A stretch of 28,468 nucleotides of DNA from a virus (IMGVR_UViG_3300020362_000095:1-28468), one strand, 5' to 3'. Numbered from the stretch's first letter, positions 8,456-18,116 are shown. Program-made: numbers and translations. Notes: generated by a model from the sequence alone, not told the origin.

Positions 8456-10871
8456 TTTGTAATTGTTCTGCTGCCTGCATAACTATCTTTGCTTCTTCTT
8501 TTTGATCTTTAGAAGCATCTGTCGCTAACTTTGCAGCAATTCTAACACCCTCTCTTTGATTTTCTGATTCTATTCTTTCTTCTTGAACCTTTTGATTCAT
8601 CGCTGCCTTTTGAGCCTCAAGCTCTAGTTTTGCTAAATCCATTTGTTTTTTATGTTCAAGTTCTTTTTCTTTGATAGCTAGTTCTCTTTGCTGTATCTGC
8701 GTTAAAGGATCTTCTTGTAGTTTTTGATTTTCTTGTTGTTGCATTTCTGCTGTGTTTTGTTGCAATAACTTTTCTGCTGCCTCTGAAGCTAATCTTGAAA
8801 GCTCTTCTTCTGCATCTTCTGGTAAAGGCTTTTCTTCATTAGGCATAGCCACACCAAGATTTTTTTCTATTTCTTTTCTGTATTGGAAAGCAACGTGTTC
8901 TGTAATATGCGCTGATAATGCAGCTTGTATTGCTCCTGCAAATGGTGACTGTCCCACAATCTCTTTTAACTTTGGATCATTAGCGGCGGCTAGGTGAACC
9001 TTAATGTGTGCTTCATGATCTTGGTATTTAAATGCTTTTACAGGCTCTTGTTTTAATATTGCCATATTTTCAGTTACAGGATCTGCCGGTTTTATGTCGT
9101 CAGGTAATTTAATAATATCTTTAGCATCCTGTATACCTAAAACTTCTAACATTTGTCTATGTAATTTACCCATGTCATATAGCTGCGGTGCTTGTTGAGC
9201 TAGTTGTAAAGCAGCTTGATACTGCATTACTCTCTGTGACATTGTTGCTGCGTTAGGATCTGACACAGGTATTACATCAACTCTGTCATCAAAGTCTTTT
9301 GTCCTGTCAAAATCACCTTCTATTTCATAAGCATAAGTTCCATCCATATAATCACGAATGACATTAGATAATAATCTTAGCTCATTTTTAAGGGCAGCAT
9401 GTAATCTAGCCTGAACTCCAGACATAACTTTCATTGAACGCTCCATGAGAGCCAGTGTTGTTCCTACTGGCGCTTGCGCGTTGATGTCTCCAACTTGTAT
9501 ATCCGCAACGGAGCCAATCCTTCTCCCCTCGTCAACAATGTTTCCGAGTAATTGGTACAAGACCGAACTTGGTTCCTTGTAAGGAATGAAAGTAATAGCG
9601 TCACGAATTGCACCACCCGGTACGTCAACGTCACGGAACTCACCCGGCATGAGAGGCGAATCATCCCCTTTGATGCGTAAACCCCTAGCTTTAAGACCAG
9701 CCGGTAAATTAGATAAAGTACCAGCATCGATAAGTTGACGAAGAATACTTGTAGCGCTTTTAGCCAACCCACCAATGAGGTGAATGAGGCCTGTACCATA
9801 GAAACCAAGGCCCGGAAGATATCTGTAATGTACGAAGTATTGCCTTTTCTTTTTCTTTTTATCATCTTCATAATAGTTCCTCCTGATAGATAATATGGTT
9901 CTTGATGATTTATCTATCGTGATAACGTATGGTCTGGCTATGCCATCTTCTTCATCAAATGGTTCTGGCATCTCCATATCTACATGCATTTCTAAAAGAG
10001 TATGTCTGTCGTCATCTTCTATTGTCGCTGATTCACCATCAAGCTCATCATATTTTTCTTGTATATCTGACATATCTGGCTCAGGGTCAGGTAATTCTAT
10101 ATCTCTGTAAAATCCATTATCTTGTAGCTTGGCTATGTCATTTGATGATTTTTTCATGACATGGGTGTATCTCTCACATGTCATAAGATCAGAAGCGCCA
10201 TAAGAAACAACAAAATCTTCTGCCGGTACAAACATTGCACATGGCCTTTCCATGATCGGATCATAATAAACCTTTTTGAAAGCAGAACCAGCTAAAGGCA
10301 ACTTAAATAACATCTGCTCTGTTTCATCTCTGTATTCTGTCATCTTTTCAGTAAGAAGATAATTCATTTCATTTTCTACACGAGAAGCCTGCTCTGTTTT
10401 TTCAACAGACATTTTTCCTAGTATTTTAGTTCTTACTGGTCCGGATGCAGGGAATATCTCTCCCATAGCTTGTGCCTGAAACCTTACAATTGACTCTGTT
10501 AATATAGGATGAAACACGCCAGATGAACCTGCCCAAGGCTGCTGTCTTTCTTCTATCTTCATTCCAAGAAGATCTAATCCTTTGACATAACTCTTTGCCC
10601 ATTCACTTCTTGACTGTCTGTCAGAATTAAAACTTGATATTAACTCACCAGCCATTTCTCTTAGATCTTGCTCTTCAATTTGCTCCGCTAAATTTGAATC
10701 AAATCCACCACTTAATATTTCTTCTACCTGTTCGCCTGTAAAATCAATGATCATCCCGCCATCTTCTGTTTCAACAGATACTGAATCAGGGTTTTCAACT
10801 TCTATACTTATCTCAGGCTCTGCACTTTCTTTGAAAGTCTGCATGGGTGTCATTGTTTTTTCTACAGCCAT
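8442..10871 (-). CDS. Portal protein (P22 gp1-like)
   Basis: 809 aa after terL; GSAFKKVYYD, FYGTGL, LIDAGTLSN, C-terminal Q/E-rich coiled coil; AGGAG RBS. Confidence 0.9.
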   Translation of the reverse strand: MAVEKTMTPMQTFKESAEPEISIEVENPDSVSVETEDGGMIIDFTGEQVEEILSGGFDSNLAEQIEEQDLREMAGELISSFNSDRQSRSEWAKSYVKGLDLLGMKIEERQQPWAGSSGVFHPILTESIVRFQAQAMGEIFPASGPVRTKILGKMSVEKTEQASRVENEMNYLLTEKMTEYRDETEQMLFKLPLAGSAFKKVYYDPIMERPCAMFVPAEDFVVSYGASDLMTCERYTHVMKKSSNDIAKLQDNGFYRDIELPDPEPDMSDIQEKYDELDGESATIEDDDRHTLLEMHVDMEMPEPFDEEDGIARPYVITIDKSSRTILSIRRNYYEDDKKKKKRQYFVHYRYLPGLGFYGTGLIHLIGGLAKSATSILRQLIDAGTLSNLPAGLKARGLRIKGDDSPLMPGEFRDVDVPGGAIRDAITFIPYKEPSSVLYQLLGNIVDEGRRIGSVADIQVGDINAQAPVGTTLALMERSMKVMSGVQARLHAALKNELRLLSNVIRDYMDGTYAYEIEGDFDRTKDFDDRVDVIPVSDPNAATMSQRVMQYQAALQLAQQAPQLYDMGKLHRQMLEVLGIQDAKDIIKLPDDIKPADPVTENMAILKQEPVKAFKYQDHEAHIKVHLAAANDPKLKEIVGQSPFAGAIQAALSAHITEHVAFQYRKEIEKNLGVAMPNEEKPLPEDAEEELSRLASEAAEKLLQQNTAEMQQQENQKLQEDPLTQIQQRELAIKEKELEHKKQMDLAKLELEAQKAAMNQKVQEERIESENQREGVRIAAKLATDASKDQKEEAKIVMQAAEQLQNEQK

Positions 10872-10880
10872 TAGATACTC

Positions 10881-11087
10881 CTATTTAATTCTTTCCAAAA
10901 TTCTATCTATTTTTTCTTCTAATCTGTTTATTGCAACTGTTACATCATCTCGTTTTGCATAATCTTCTCTTGTTTTATTTAACAATATATCAATCCTTTT
11001 AACTTCTCTTGACTGTGTTCCAAGAAACCATCCTCCACCAAGAACAATTATTCCTATCAATCCATCTATTATATGCGTCATTTCCAT
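10881..11087 (-). CDS. Small membrane/coiled-coil protein
   Basis: N-terminal TM helix, C-terminal INRLEEKIDRILE coiled coil. Confidence 0.65.
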   Translation of the reverse strand: MEMTHIIDGLIGIIVLGGGWFLGTQSREVKRIDILLNKTREDYAKRDDVTVAINRLEEKIDRILERIK

Positions 11088-12608
11088 TTAATAATACTCT
11101 ACAGGCCTTCTATATTTTGGTTCATCATCCCAGTCATCCATAGTTGTTCTTATCCAGCCACCTTGTCTAAACCTTAACAGTGCCTGTGTGGTTGAGTCAA
11201 CTAGGTCATCATGATCTCCTGATGGAAATGATGCACATTCTTCTATAACTTCATCTGCCCAACGTGTAGGTGGACACCACACAACGCCACTTGCAAACAG
11301 ATCCGTGACACTGTTAACTCTTGCTATCTTATCCTGTCCACGGCTCGGTGTAAACTCAGTAACTGGTATTCCCATAGCTCTTAATTCAAAAATTAAGGGT
11401 GATCCTGCCGCTTTAGCCTCAATAATCATCTGATCTGGCTCAAATTCCCAGTATTTTTCGTAAGCTGCACGTTTTAAATCAGGAAATTCTAGTTTTTCTT
11501 TGTATGCATCAAGTAAAATGAGATTTGGCCTCTCATTTCCTTCATCATCAGGGTGATGAAAGATTCCCCAAGTGGTACAGGCGCTATAATCTGCTCTTTG
11601 TGTCTTTAAAAATGCTGTATCCCAAGACTGAATGATGGAATCACAAGGCGGAAGGTCGTCTTTTTCCCATTCTTGCCACCATTCACGCTTAATTAACGCT
11701 CCTTCTTCGGATGTGGGGTCTTGTTGATACTGTGCGTTCCACTTTGAAACGGGTAATTCAGCTCTTAATGCGTCTAATTCTTCCCTTTTCCAAAATTCAG
11801 GCCATAAAGTCTTGTTTGAAGGCAGTATTGCAGGCAGTTGTATCACTTCCCACTCGTTAGAACCCTCTCTTTCGATAGATTTATTAATAATTTGACCTGT
11901 TAAATCTCTTTTGGACCATCTTGTCATCACTAAGATGATAGCACCACCGGGCTGGAGTCTCTGTCTTGGTCCAGATGTGTACCATTCATAAACTTTGTCA
12001 TAAACTTCCGGGTTATAATCACCCATTGTGGCCTCCTGCTCGGAGTGGGGGTCATCGATAATTAAAATATCAGCACCCTTACCCGTTACCGCACCACCTA
12101 CACCTATCGCAAAGTAGTCACCACGTTTATTTGTATTCCATCTACCTGCCGCTTTAGAATCAGCAGACAGTTCTATGCCCGGAAATACTTCTTGGAAGTC
12201 TGTGTTCTGTATTAGGTTACGAACTTTTCTACCAAACCCAACAGAAAGCTCTGCTGTGTGAGCTGTTTGAATAACTTTCTTTTCTGGATATTTACCTAAA
12301 AACCATGCGGGGAAAAGATAGCTTGCAAATTCTGACTTGGTATGACGGGGTGGCATGTTGATTATCAATCTTTTTAAATCACCCCGGGCCACCTTTTCAA
12401 ATGCCTCTGCCATAATCTCATGATGTCTTCCATGAATAAAAGAAGGCCACATTAATTTTACAAACGGAAGAAAATTTTCTCTTGCTGTTTCTTTTTCTTT
12501 TACAGATTCATATTCTTCGATTAGGGCAAGTATCTCTTTTTGCTGTTCCGGCGGAAGACCACTTATCTTTTCAAGATTCCCTTTTAATAGATGACTAAGA
12601 TCATTCAT
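11088..12608 (-). CDS. terL: Terminase large subunit
   Basis: Walker A MPPRHTKS, Walker B ILIIDDP, MTRW, nuclease QSWDTA and HDDLVDS; start placed at ATG 12608 overlapping the upstream stop. Confidence 0.95.
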   Translation of the reverse strand: MNDLSHLLKGNLEKISGLPPEQQKEILALIEEYESVKEKETARENFLPFVKLMWPSFIHGRHHEIMAEAFEKVARGDLKRLIINMPPRHTKSEFASYLFPAWFLGKYPEKKVIQTAHTAELSVGFGRKVRNLIQNTDFQEVFPGIELSADSKAAGRWNTNKRGDYFAIGVGGAVTGKGADILIIDDPHSEQEATMGDYNPEVYDKVYEWYTSGPRQRLQPGGAIILVMTRWSKRDLTGQIINKSIEREGSNEWEVIQLPAILPSNKTLWPEFWKREELDALRAELPVSKWNAQYQQDPTSEEGALIKREWWQEWEKDDLPPCDSIIQSWDTAFLKTQRADYSACTTWGIFHHPDDEGNERPNLILLDAYKEKLEFPDLKRAAYEKYWEFEPDQMIIEAKAAGSPLIFELRAMGIPVTEFTPSRGQDKIARVNSVTDLFASGVVWCPPTRWADEVIEECASFPSGDHDDLVDSTTQALLRFRQGGWIRTTMDDWDDEPKYRRPVEYY

Positions 12609-12828
12609 AAATATCTCTATTGATAGGAGGCCGGTTCTCAATAATGTTTCTTGCCAACTCTATCATCCATAAACTCTCCTCGTCTTCAACTGAAGAAGAC
12701 ACATATAGCATTCTATCACCGTTCTCATCCGTAGACCAGCCAATTATGATAGCTTCATCTAATTCACGTTCTTCTAGATTTTCAGGAGGGTTTCTGTAAT
12801 CGTCTAAAGATACTACATTGTCTGACAA
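12601..12828 (-). CDS. Acidic hypothetical protein upstream of terL
   Basis: TTG start with AAAGGA RBS; NVVSLDDYR motif; coupled to terL. Confidence 0.65.
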   Translation of the reverse strand: MSDNVVSLDDYRNPPENLEERELDEAIIIGWSTDENGDRMLYVSSSVEDEESLWMIELARNIIENRPPINRDIYE

Positions 12829-12842
12829 ATAATGTTCCTTTG

Positions 12843-12925
12843 CAATATATATAAATATAATATTTATATACTTCTTTAGTATCTATATAAACTTCTTTAG
12901 AATATTTATATATATTATAATTTAT
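12843..12925. repeat. Extremely AT-rich tract with a direct repeat ACTTCTTTAG x2
   Basis: TA-rich; ACTTCTTTAG at 12870-12879 and 12891-12900. Confidence 0.5.
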
Positions 12926-13035
12926 TATACTGGCTTTTTTATTTTTGACAATATAAAAAAAGTAAATTTGTTAAAATTTTGTATTTGAGTGTGCAGAATA
13001 ACGTGCGGCTGTGTGTAGCCACGGCTGTGTCACAT

Positions 13036-13057
13036 GGGTGGGTGTGGGTAGGTGGGG
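13036..13057 (+). other. Canonical G-quadruplex motif
   Basis: GGG-T-GGG-TGT-GGG-TAGGT-GGGG inside an AT-rich intergenic region. Confidence 0.6.
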
Positions 13058-13166
13058 TCAAGCCTAGTACAAAAAAATTTTAGACCGGACACAATCAAAA
13101 AAAATTATAATCGAAAATAGAAATAATAAATGTATCGTGACTAGCTGTAAAACTTCACGTAACTTT

Positions 13167-13712
13167 TTATTTATTAATTATTGTGTTTAGCTTTGTTAAT
13201 AATTCACTTTCAATTTCTGTCGATGTTCTATCTCTTTTATCTTGTATGTTTATATTAGTTTCAAATATTCCTAAATTCTTACCTAACATCTCCAATGCTT
13301 TTAATCTAACGTGATCAGTTATATTTGTATCGTCTGCCATCTGTTCAATCTTCTTTAATATTGTTTCAATTTTACTTTCAGACAGTTTGACTTCATTCAT
13401 GCGATGTAGACGCTGTTTTTGCTCTAATAAATGATTTATAAATATCCCAATGTTATCCTTAGATCTTAATCTACTAGCTAACATTCTTAGAGTGTTTGGC
13501 TTAATATCTTTACTTACATTATAGTTGTTACGATATGCATCTATTAAACTCATGCCTTTTTGACCATTACGCCCTACAACGTCATGACAAAAACCACGCA
13601 TTTTTTCCGTCAAATCTGATCCCATAACTTTATTATTTTTAGTCTTGTTTTTTACTCTACTATCGTTATTTGAAACGAGAGTTAATTTTGTTTTGTTTTT
13701 TTTATCTGACAT
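13167..13712 (-). CDS. terS: Terminase small subunit
   Basis: LTEKMRGFC..V, AYRNNY, ASRL and RLKALEMLGKNLGIF motifs typical of TerS; GAGG RBS; upstream of terL. Confidence 0.8.
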   Translation of the reverse strand: MSDKKNKTKLTLVSNNDSRVKNKTKNNKVMGSDLTEKMRGFCHDVVGRNGQKGMSLIDAYRNNYNVSKDIKPNTLRMLASRLRSKDNIGIFINHLLEQKQRLHRMNEVKLSESKIETILKKIEQMADDTNITDHVRLKALEMLGKNLGIFETNINIQDKRDRTSTEIESELLTKLNTIINK

Positions 13713-13877
13713 TTTTATACCTCTTAAAACTTTACGTAAACTTTTGGTCTGATGTTCTAACGACCTGCGACATTTAACTTATAGTAACATTTAATAATCT
13801 ATTCGTGTAGGTCATGAAGATAATTAAATTAATTTCAGAAAAAATCAAACCTCATTCGTAATAATTTATAACAACTA

Positions 13878-14165
13878 ATGGAGATCAAATTGCATAACAT
13901 AAAATTAAACGACAAAGTAAAGACCAATCAAATTACATCAAGACCATTAAAAGAAAATGAAATTGTCAGATATATGAAATTACCGGATGGTCAAAAAATA
14001 GGTCTTAATAAAAATGGACATTCTAATGTTAATATTCGTGAATGGGATATTGATGCAAATTGGATTGTTAAAAAAATAACTGAAAAAAGAATTGGATTAG
14101 TTCACAAAAATAATCCTCATGGCAAACCTAATTTATATCTTGCCCCTCATTTTATTAAAAAGTGA
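13878..14165 (+). CDS. Hypothetical early protein
   Basis: 95-aa ORF divergent from terS; weak RBS. Confidence 0.5.
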   Translation: MEIKLHNIKLNDKVKTNQITSRPLKENEIVRYMKLPDGQKIGLNKNGHSNVNIREWDIDANWIVKKITEKRIGLVHKNNPHGKPNLYLAPHFIKK

Positions 14166-14307
14166 TGGGCAAATATTGCATAAATAATGGAATGGCATTT
14201 AATGGCGTTTTAAGCGTCATACAGCCACGAAACGATATTCATGTATGTTATTACATATTTCTTTATTTCAGCGTTTTTGTTAGTGACATTGACTTTGGTA
14301 AGGTTAG

Positions 14308-14347
14308 GTAAAATAAAGTAAAATAATGTTAAATAAAGTAAATTATA
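14308..14347 (+). repeat. Four tandem 10-bp units (GTAAAATAAA-like), phased A-tracts upstream of a promoter
   Basis: GTAAAATAAA / GTAAAATAAT / GTTAAATAAA / GTAAATTATA. Confidence 0.7.
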
Positions 14348-14350
14348 TAC

Positions 14351-14379
14351 TTGTTATTTAGAATGAAAATTATTATATA
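14351..14379 (+). promoter_or_regulatory. Sigma70-type early promoter
   Basis: TTGTTA-17 nt-TATATA; predicted start ~14386 coincides with the 5' end of the long stem. Confidence 0.6.
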
Positions 14380-14386
14380 TAGAGAG

Positions 14387-14564
14387 ACAGCCTCTGTACG
14401 GCAAAACTGAACTGATTAGTGAAACATGGTATCAGTAGGAGTTGGGATGCTCCTCGAATTTTGGCAAGGATACAAAAGACACTCACAGCCCCCACAATGA
14501 AGATCGATGAGATTGCTCTATGGGCTAGGTAGGAACTACTAATGTTTTGCCCTATAGAGGCTGT
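14387..14564 (+). ncRNA. Putative ~180-nt multibranched structured RNA
   Basis: 21-bp closing stem 14387-14407/14544-14564 enclosing five hairpins; no credible ORF inside. Confidence 0.65.
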
Positions 14565-14597
14565 TACAATTCAATCAAAATAAAATGGAGAACTATT

Positions 14598-14786
14598 ATG
14601 GAAAAAAGAACTTGGCAAATATCTTGGTTCATTGGTCATGGCAAAACTAAATCAGTTTTGGAAACAGTAGATCCATCTGACTATGTTGATAAATACATGG
14701 AGAGGGAGACACTAAGGGATGAGGCTTATACAAAGTATAAATTACATCCGGAAAAAATGGTCATGATCAAAGAATATAAGCAATAG
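14598..14786 (+). CDS. Small early hypothetical protein (62 aa)
   Basis: GGAG RBS at 14587 and ATG 14598 (start corrected from 14547). Confidence 0.7.
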   Translation: MEKRTWQISWFIGHGKTKSVLETVDPSDYVDKYMERETLRDEAYTKYKLHPEKMVMIKEYKQ

Positions 14787-14794
14787 GAGAGACT

Positions 14795-14938
14795 ATGAAA
14801 AAATATACTTTCAAAGTAACGATCGAGGGAATGAATGGATACCTCACATATACAGTTAAGGCGAACTCAAAAGATGAGGCTGTCCAAAAAGTATACGATG
14901 ATGCTGAGAAATTGCCCACAATCGTTTATGATATCTAA
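14795..14938 (+). CDS. 47-aa early microprotein (below ORF-track cutoff)
   Basis: AGGAG RBS; MKKYTFKVTIEGMNGYLTYTVKANSKDEAVQKVYDDAEKLPTIVYDI*. Confidence 0.75.
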   Translation: MKKYTFKVTIEGMNGYLTYTVKANSKDEAVQKVYDDAEKLPTIVYDI

Positions 14939-15020
14939 TGCACTAATTAGAGCAGTAGTTATTACTGCTCTTGCTAGTTCATTGGGAACTACTGCAACAT
15001 TAAAAACCAAGGAGGTACTA

Positions 15021-15653
15021 ATGCAGAAAAACAAAACTTTGATATCAGATGATATCGTTAAACAAATCGCTGAACAAGAGCAACAGCATAATGTTTTAAA
15101 GGGATCTAATAAGCAAAACTCTTCTGAGATGAGTGCGATTAGATTAGATCAATATGCTACAGCGATGATCCCAATTAATCAGATCGCAAGAACTGATACC
15201 GGCAATATTTCAGAGGATGCAACCAATGAATTATTGACCACATTCCAAGTTCGATGCGACATGACAAAAGGTCAAGCTGATCTTTTTAAACGTAATTGTG
15301 TCTTGTTTACTAACAAGCATGACTTACCAAAAAGTAATTTGACCAAGACTTACATCATGGATCTATTTAAAAAGTTGGATATCAAATCTCAAGCAAGTTT
15401 GATTAATCACAACAAGGGCGATGATGTTAAGTCTCCATTGGATACAATCATTGATAAGTTGGTAGGTTTAACAACCAAGACCGGAAAGCAAAGGGATGGT
15501 CTGATCATGACAAAAAAAGAGTTAGAAGACTTTGAGATCAGATTAAAAAATAGATTTGAAATTGCTGATAAAGGTCGCAATGCTGTTAAAGATGCAGAGA
15601 CAGAGCAAAAAGTTATTGATGATGTAACTGATGCTTTACTTGATGCATCGTAA
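15021..15653 (+). CDS. Early hypothetical protein (210 aa, helical)
   Basis: AAGGAGGT RBS then ATG 15021; the upstream extension in the ORF track overlaps another gene and a hairpin. Confidence 0.8.
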   Translation: MQKNKTLISDDIVKQIAEQEQQHNVLKGSNKQNSSEMSAIRLDQYATAMIPINQIARTDTGNISEDATNELLTTFQVRCDMTKGQADLFKRNCVLFTNKHDLPKSNLTKTYIMDLFKKLDIKSQASLINHNKGDDVKSPLDTIIDKLVGLTTKTGKQRDGLIMTKKELEDFEIRLKNRFEIADKGRNAVKDAETEQKVIDDVTDALLDAS

Positions 15654-15750
15654 TCGAATGTACAACTTTGCACAGATCTTAATGGTCTGTGCATGATTGT
15701 CCATCCGGACAGCCATGAAAATGGTTTAATCAAAAATAAGGAGTATTGAT

Positions 15751-16827
15751 ATGCGAATATCAGAAGTAAAAAATGTAATGCAAAGTGTAATAATCCAAAA
15801 CTACGAGAATATAAAAAAGGGAGCAAGTAAAGACAGATTGATCGCTTTGTATATTCAAGGTGGTGTTGGTCAAGGCAAGACCTCAGCAGTTAGATCTATG
15901 ACTACAGATCAGCTTATCCTCGATGCTGTCCAAAGAATATTTGGTGTTAAAGTTGATAAGTTAGGTTTTAATAACTTAGGTTTAGCAATGTTTGATCCGG
16001 CAGAATTAGCCGGTTGGTGTGTGCCTAATGCAGATCAACAAAGCATGACTAGGCTTAGACCGGAGTTCTTGCCAAAAGATGGCTTTGGAATTTTATTTGT
16101 TGACGAGGTGGCTCAAGCTACTTTGATGCACCATAATATTTTTGGTCAGCTTGTAGATGAAAGAAGATTAGGTAATCATTACTTAGGCGATGGTTGGATA
16201 ATCATATCGGCAGGCAATAGGCTCAAGGATAAAGCCGGAAGTAACAAGCTTCCATCACAGCTTAGAGATAGATTTACATATTTAGATCTAGAAATAGATC
16301 TTGACGATCTATTAAAATACTATGCTGAAAATAATGTAGATCCAAGGATTAGCAGTTGGCTTAAATTTGACGATCAGTATTTATATGAGTTTGACGTAAA
16401 TGCTGACAGCAACTGTACACCTAGATCAGTTGAAAGAGCATCAACCTTAATGAATTTAGGCTTGGACAGCTTATCTCTTAGAGGTGTATTGAGTGGTCAA
16501 ATTGGAGAAACAGCATCCGGATCTCTTATCGCTCACATGAAATTGTATGATAAGCTACCGGACTTTGACAGCTTAGTTAAAGATCCAAGTAATACAGCAA
16601 TACCGGAAGACAGAGGAGTGCTGTATGCTCTTTGTGGATCATTGGCAAGTAAGATGACTATGGAGAATTGTTCTCCAATTCTCACTTATATGCAGAGAAT
16701 ACCGGAGCAAGAGTATATGGCTTTCATGCTTAAAGATGCAGTAATGAGAAATAAAACCTTAGTGACTAGTCCGGCAATGAAAGCTGTCTTGGGATCTCAA
16801 GGTAAGTTAAAAGACTTGTTACTTTAA
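15751..16827 (+). CDS. MoxR-type AAA+ ATPase
   Basis: Walker A GGVGQGKT, Walker B ILFVDE, sensor-1 SAGN, Arg finger LRDRF, sensor-2 TPRS; AAGGAG RBS. Confidence 0.9.
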   Translation: MRISEVKNVMQSVIIQNYENIKKGASKDRLIALYIQGGVGQGKTSAVRSMTTDQLILDAVQRIFGVKVDKLGFNNLGLAMFDPAELAGWCVPNADQQSMTRLRPEFLPKDGFGILFVDEVAQATLMHHNIFGQLVDERRLGNHYLGDGWIIISAGNRLKDKAGSNKLPSQLRDRFTYLDLEIDLDDLLKYYAENNVDPRISSWLKFDDQYLYEFDVNADSNCTPRSVERASTLMNLGLDSLSLRGVLSGQIGETASGSLIAHMKLYDKLPDFDSLVKDPSNTAIPEDRGVLYALCGSLASKMTMENCSPILTYMQRIPEQEYMAFMLKDAVMRNKTLVTSPAMKAVLGSQGKLKDLLL

Positions 16828-16898
16828 TCAACTTGGTATGTGGTATCCTGTAATGGGATACCACGACAAAACTTTACGTAATTTTTTAGGAGTTATTA

Positions 16899-18116
16899 AT
16901 GCAAGATTTAAAATTAGAAGATAAGTTCTCAAAGATAAGAATACAATTACTTTGGGATAGAGATGATAAAGGTCATGCCTTTTGGGGCATCATGTTAGCT
17001 AAAATGAAAATTATTGAGAATAATAAATTTGATACTTGTGCAACTGATGGCAGAGACATTTTTTATAATCGTCAATATTGTGAAAGCCTATCATTCGAGC
17101 ATTTAAAAGGTGTTATTGTTCACGAGGTTAAGCATAGGGCATTGATGCATCATGTAAGGCAACAGCATAGAGACACGACAGCATGGAATGTAGCTTGTGA
17201 TTTATCTGAAAATCCTATTATCATTGATGCCGGTTTACAGTTGCCGGATGGTGTATTGCTTGATCCAAAGTTTAAGGGATGGAGTGCAGAGAAAATTTAT
17301 AATGTGATTTATCCTCAAATCCAACAGCACATGAAGAAAATGCAAATGTCTGCAAGTGGTGCAAGTGACGATGGACAAAATGGTCAAGGCGAGCAACCAA
17401 GTTGGTTACAGCCTCAATCATGGGGCAATATCGTTGATAATGTCTGCGACAAATTGTCTCCATCTGAGTTAAAAGAAGAAGAGGCTAGTGTTAGGGAAGA
17501 TATTTTCCAAGCAGTACGTCAAGCTAAGGATCGAGGCACAGTTCCGGCAGAGATCAAAAAAATGATTGATAGAATGAAGAGGGCAGAAATAGATTGGGAA
17601 GATGTAATTCAACGTCATGTCCAAGGCGATGTTCCTCATAATTTTACCTATCGTAAGATCCACAGAAAATTTTATTATAATAATAATATCATTGCTCCAA
17701 CTATTGATTATGTTGGCTGTGGTCATGTAGTTGTTGGTGTCGATAGTTCCGGATCTGTCACAGATAAAGAACTACAATTATTTTTAGGTGGTCTTAATGC
17801 TTTGTCATTAGAACTTAAACCTAAATCTGTAACGATCATAACTTGCGACAGCAAAATTCAAAATGTCTATAAGTTTGAGCAAGGCGAAGAGATCACTAAA
17901 ATTTCTGCTGATGGCAGAGGTGGAACGTGTGTCATGCCGGTGTTCAATTACATTGAAGAACATGACTTAGATGTAGACAGCTTTATCTATTTTACTGATA
18001 TGGGAGTGCATGACTTTCCGGAAGAAGAAATGCCATATCCGGTTCTTTGGGTCAGCACAGATCTTGACAGCGATAAAGCACCAATTGGTCAAACTACATA
18101 TCTAAAGGTTGCTTAG
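16899..18116 (+). CDS. HExxH metallopeptidase fused to a VWA domain (DUF2201-type)
   Basis: ATDG, HEVKH, WNVACD; MIDAS DSSGS, GRGGT, FTD; adjacent to the AAA+ ATPase. Confidence 0.88.
   Translation: MQDLKLEDKFSKIRIQLLWDRDDKGHAFWGIMLAKMKIIENNKFDTCATDGRDIFYNRQYCESLSFEHLKGVIVHEVKHRALMHHVRQQHRDTTAWNVACDLSENPIIIDAGLQLPDGVLLDPKFKGWSAEKIYNVIYPQIQQHMKKMQMSASGASDDGQNGQGEQPSWLQPQSWGNIVDNVCDKLSPSELKEEEASVREDIFQAVRQAKDRGTVPAEIKKMIDRMKRAEIDWEDVIQRHVQGDVPHNFTYRKIHRKFYYNNNIIAPTIDYVGCGHVVVGVDSSGSVTDKELQLFLGGLNALSLELKPKSVTIITCDSKIQNVYKFEQGEEITKISADGRGGTCVMPVFNYIEEHDLDVDSFIYFTDMGVHDFPEEEMPYPVLWVSTDLDSDKAPIGQTTYLKVA

Noticed and set aside
57-10962. Plus-strand ORFs over the late operon and alternate-frame ORFs such as 1375-1674 and 9464-9871
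   Set aside because: Shadow frames of well-supported minus-strand genes, without RBS or recognisable motifs
14180-14190. 11-nt complement (ATAAATAATGG) of the 19.64 kb loop as an in-window antisense target
   Set aside because: Short AT-rich match that could easily occur by chance, and not at a supported start codon
14387-14564. tRNA or tmRNA identity for the multibranched RNA
   Set aside because: No T-arm GTTCRA, no CCA end, and arm number and sizes do not fit
14547-14597. TTG start of the 79-aa ORF in the track
   Set aside because: Lies inside the closing stem of the structured RNA; the RBS supports ATG 14598
14835-15020. N-terminal extension of the 272-aa ORF in the track
   Set aside because: Overlaps a better 47-aa gene and an intergenic hairpin; a strong RBS supports ATG 15021
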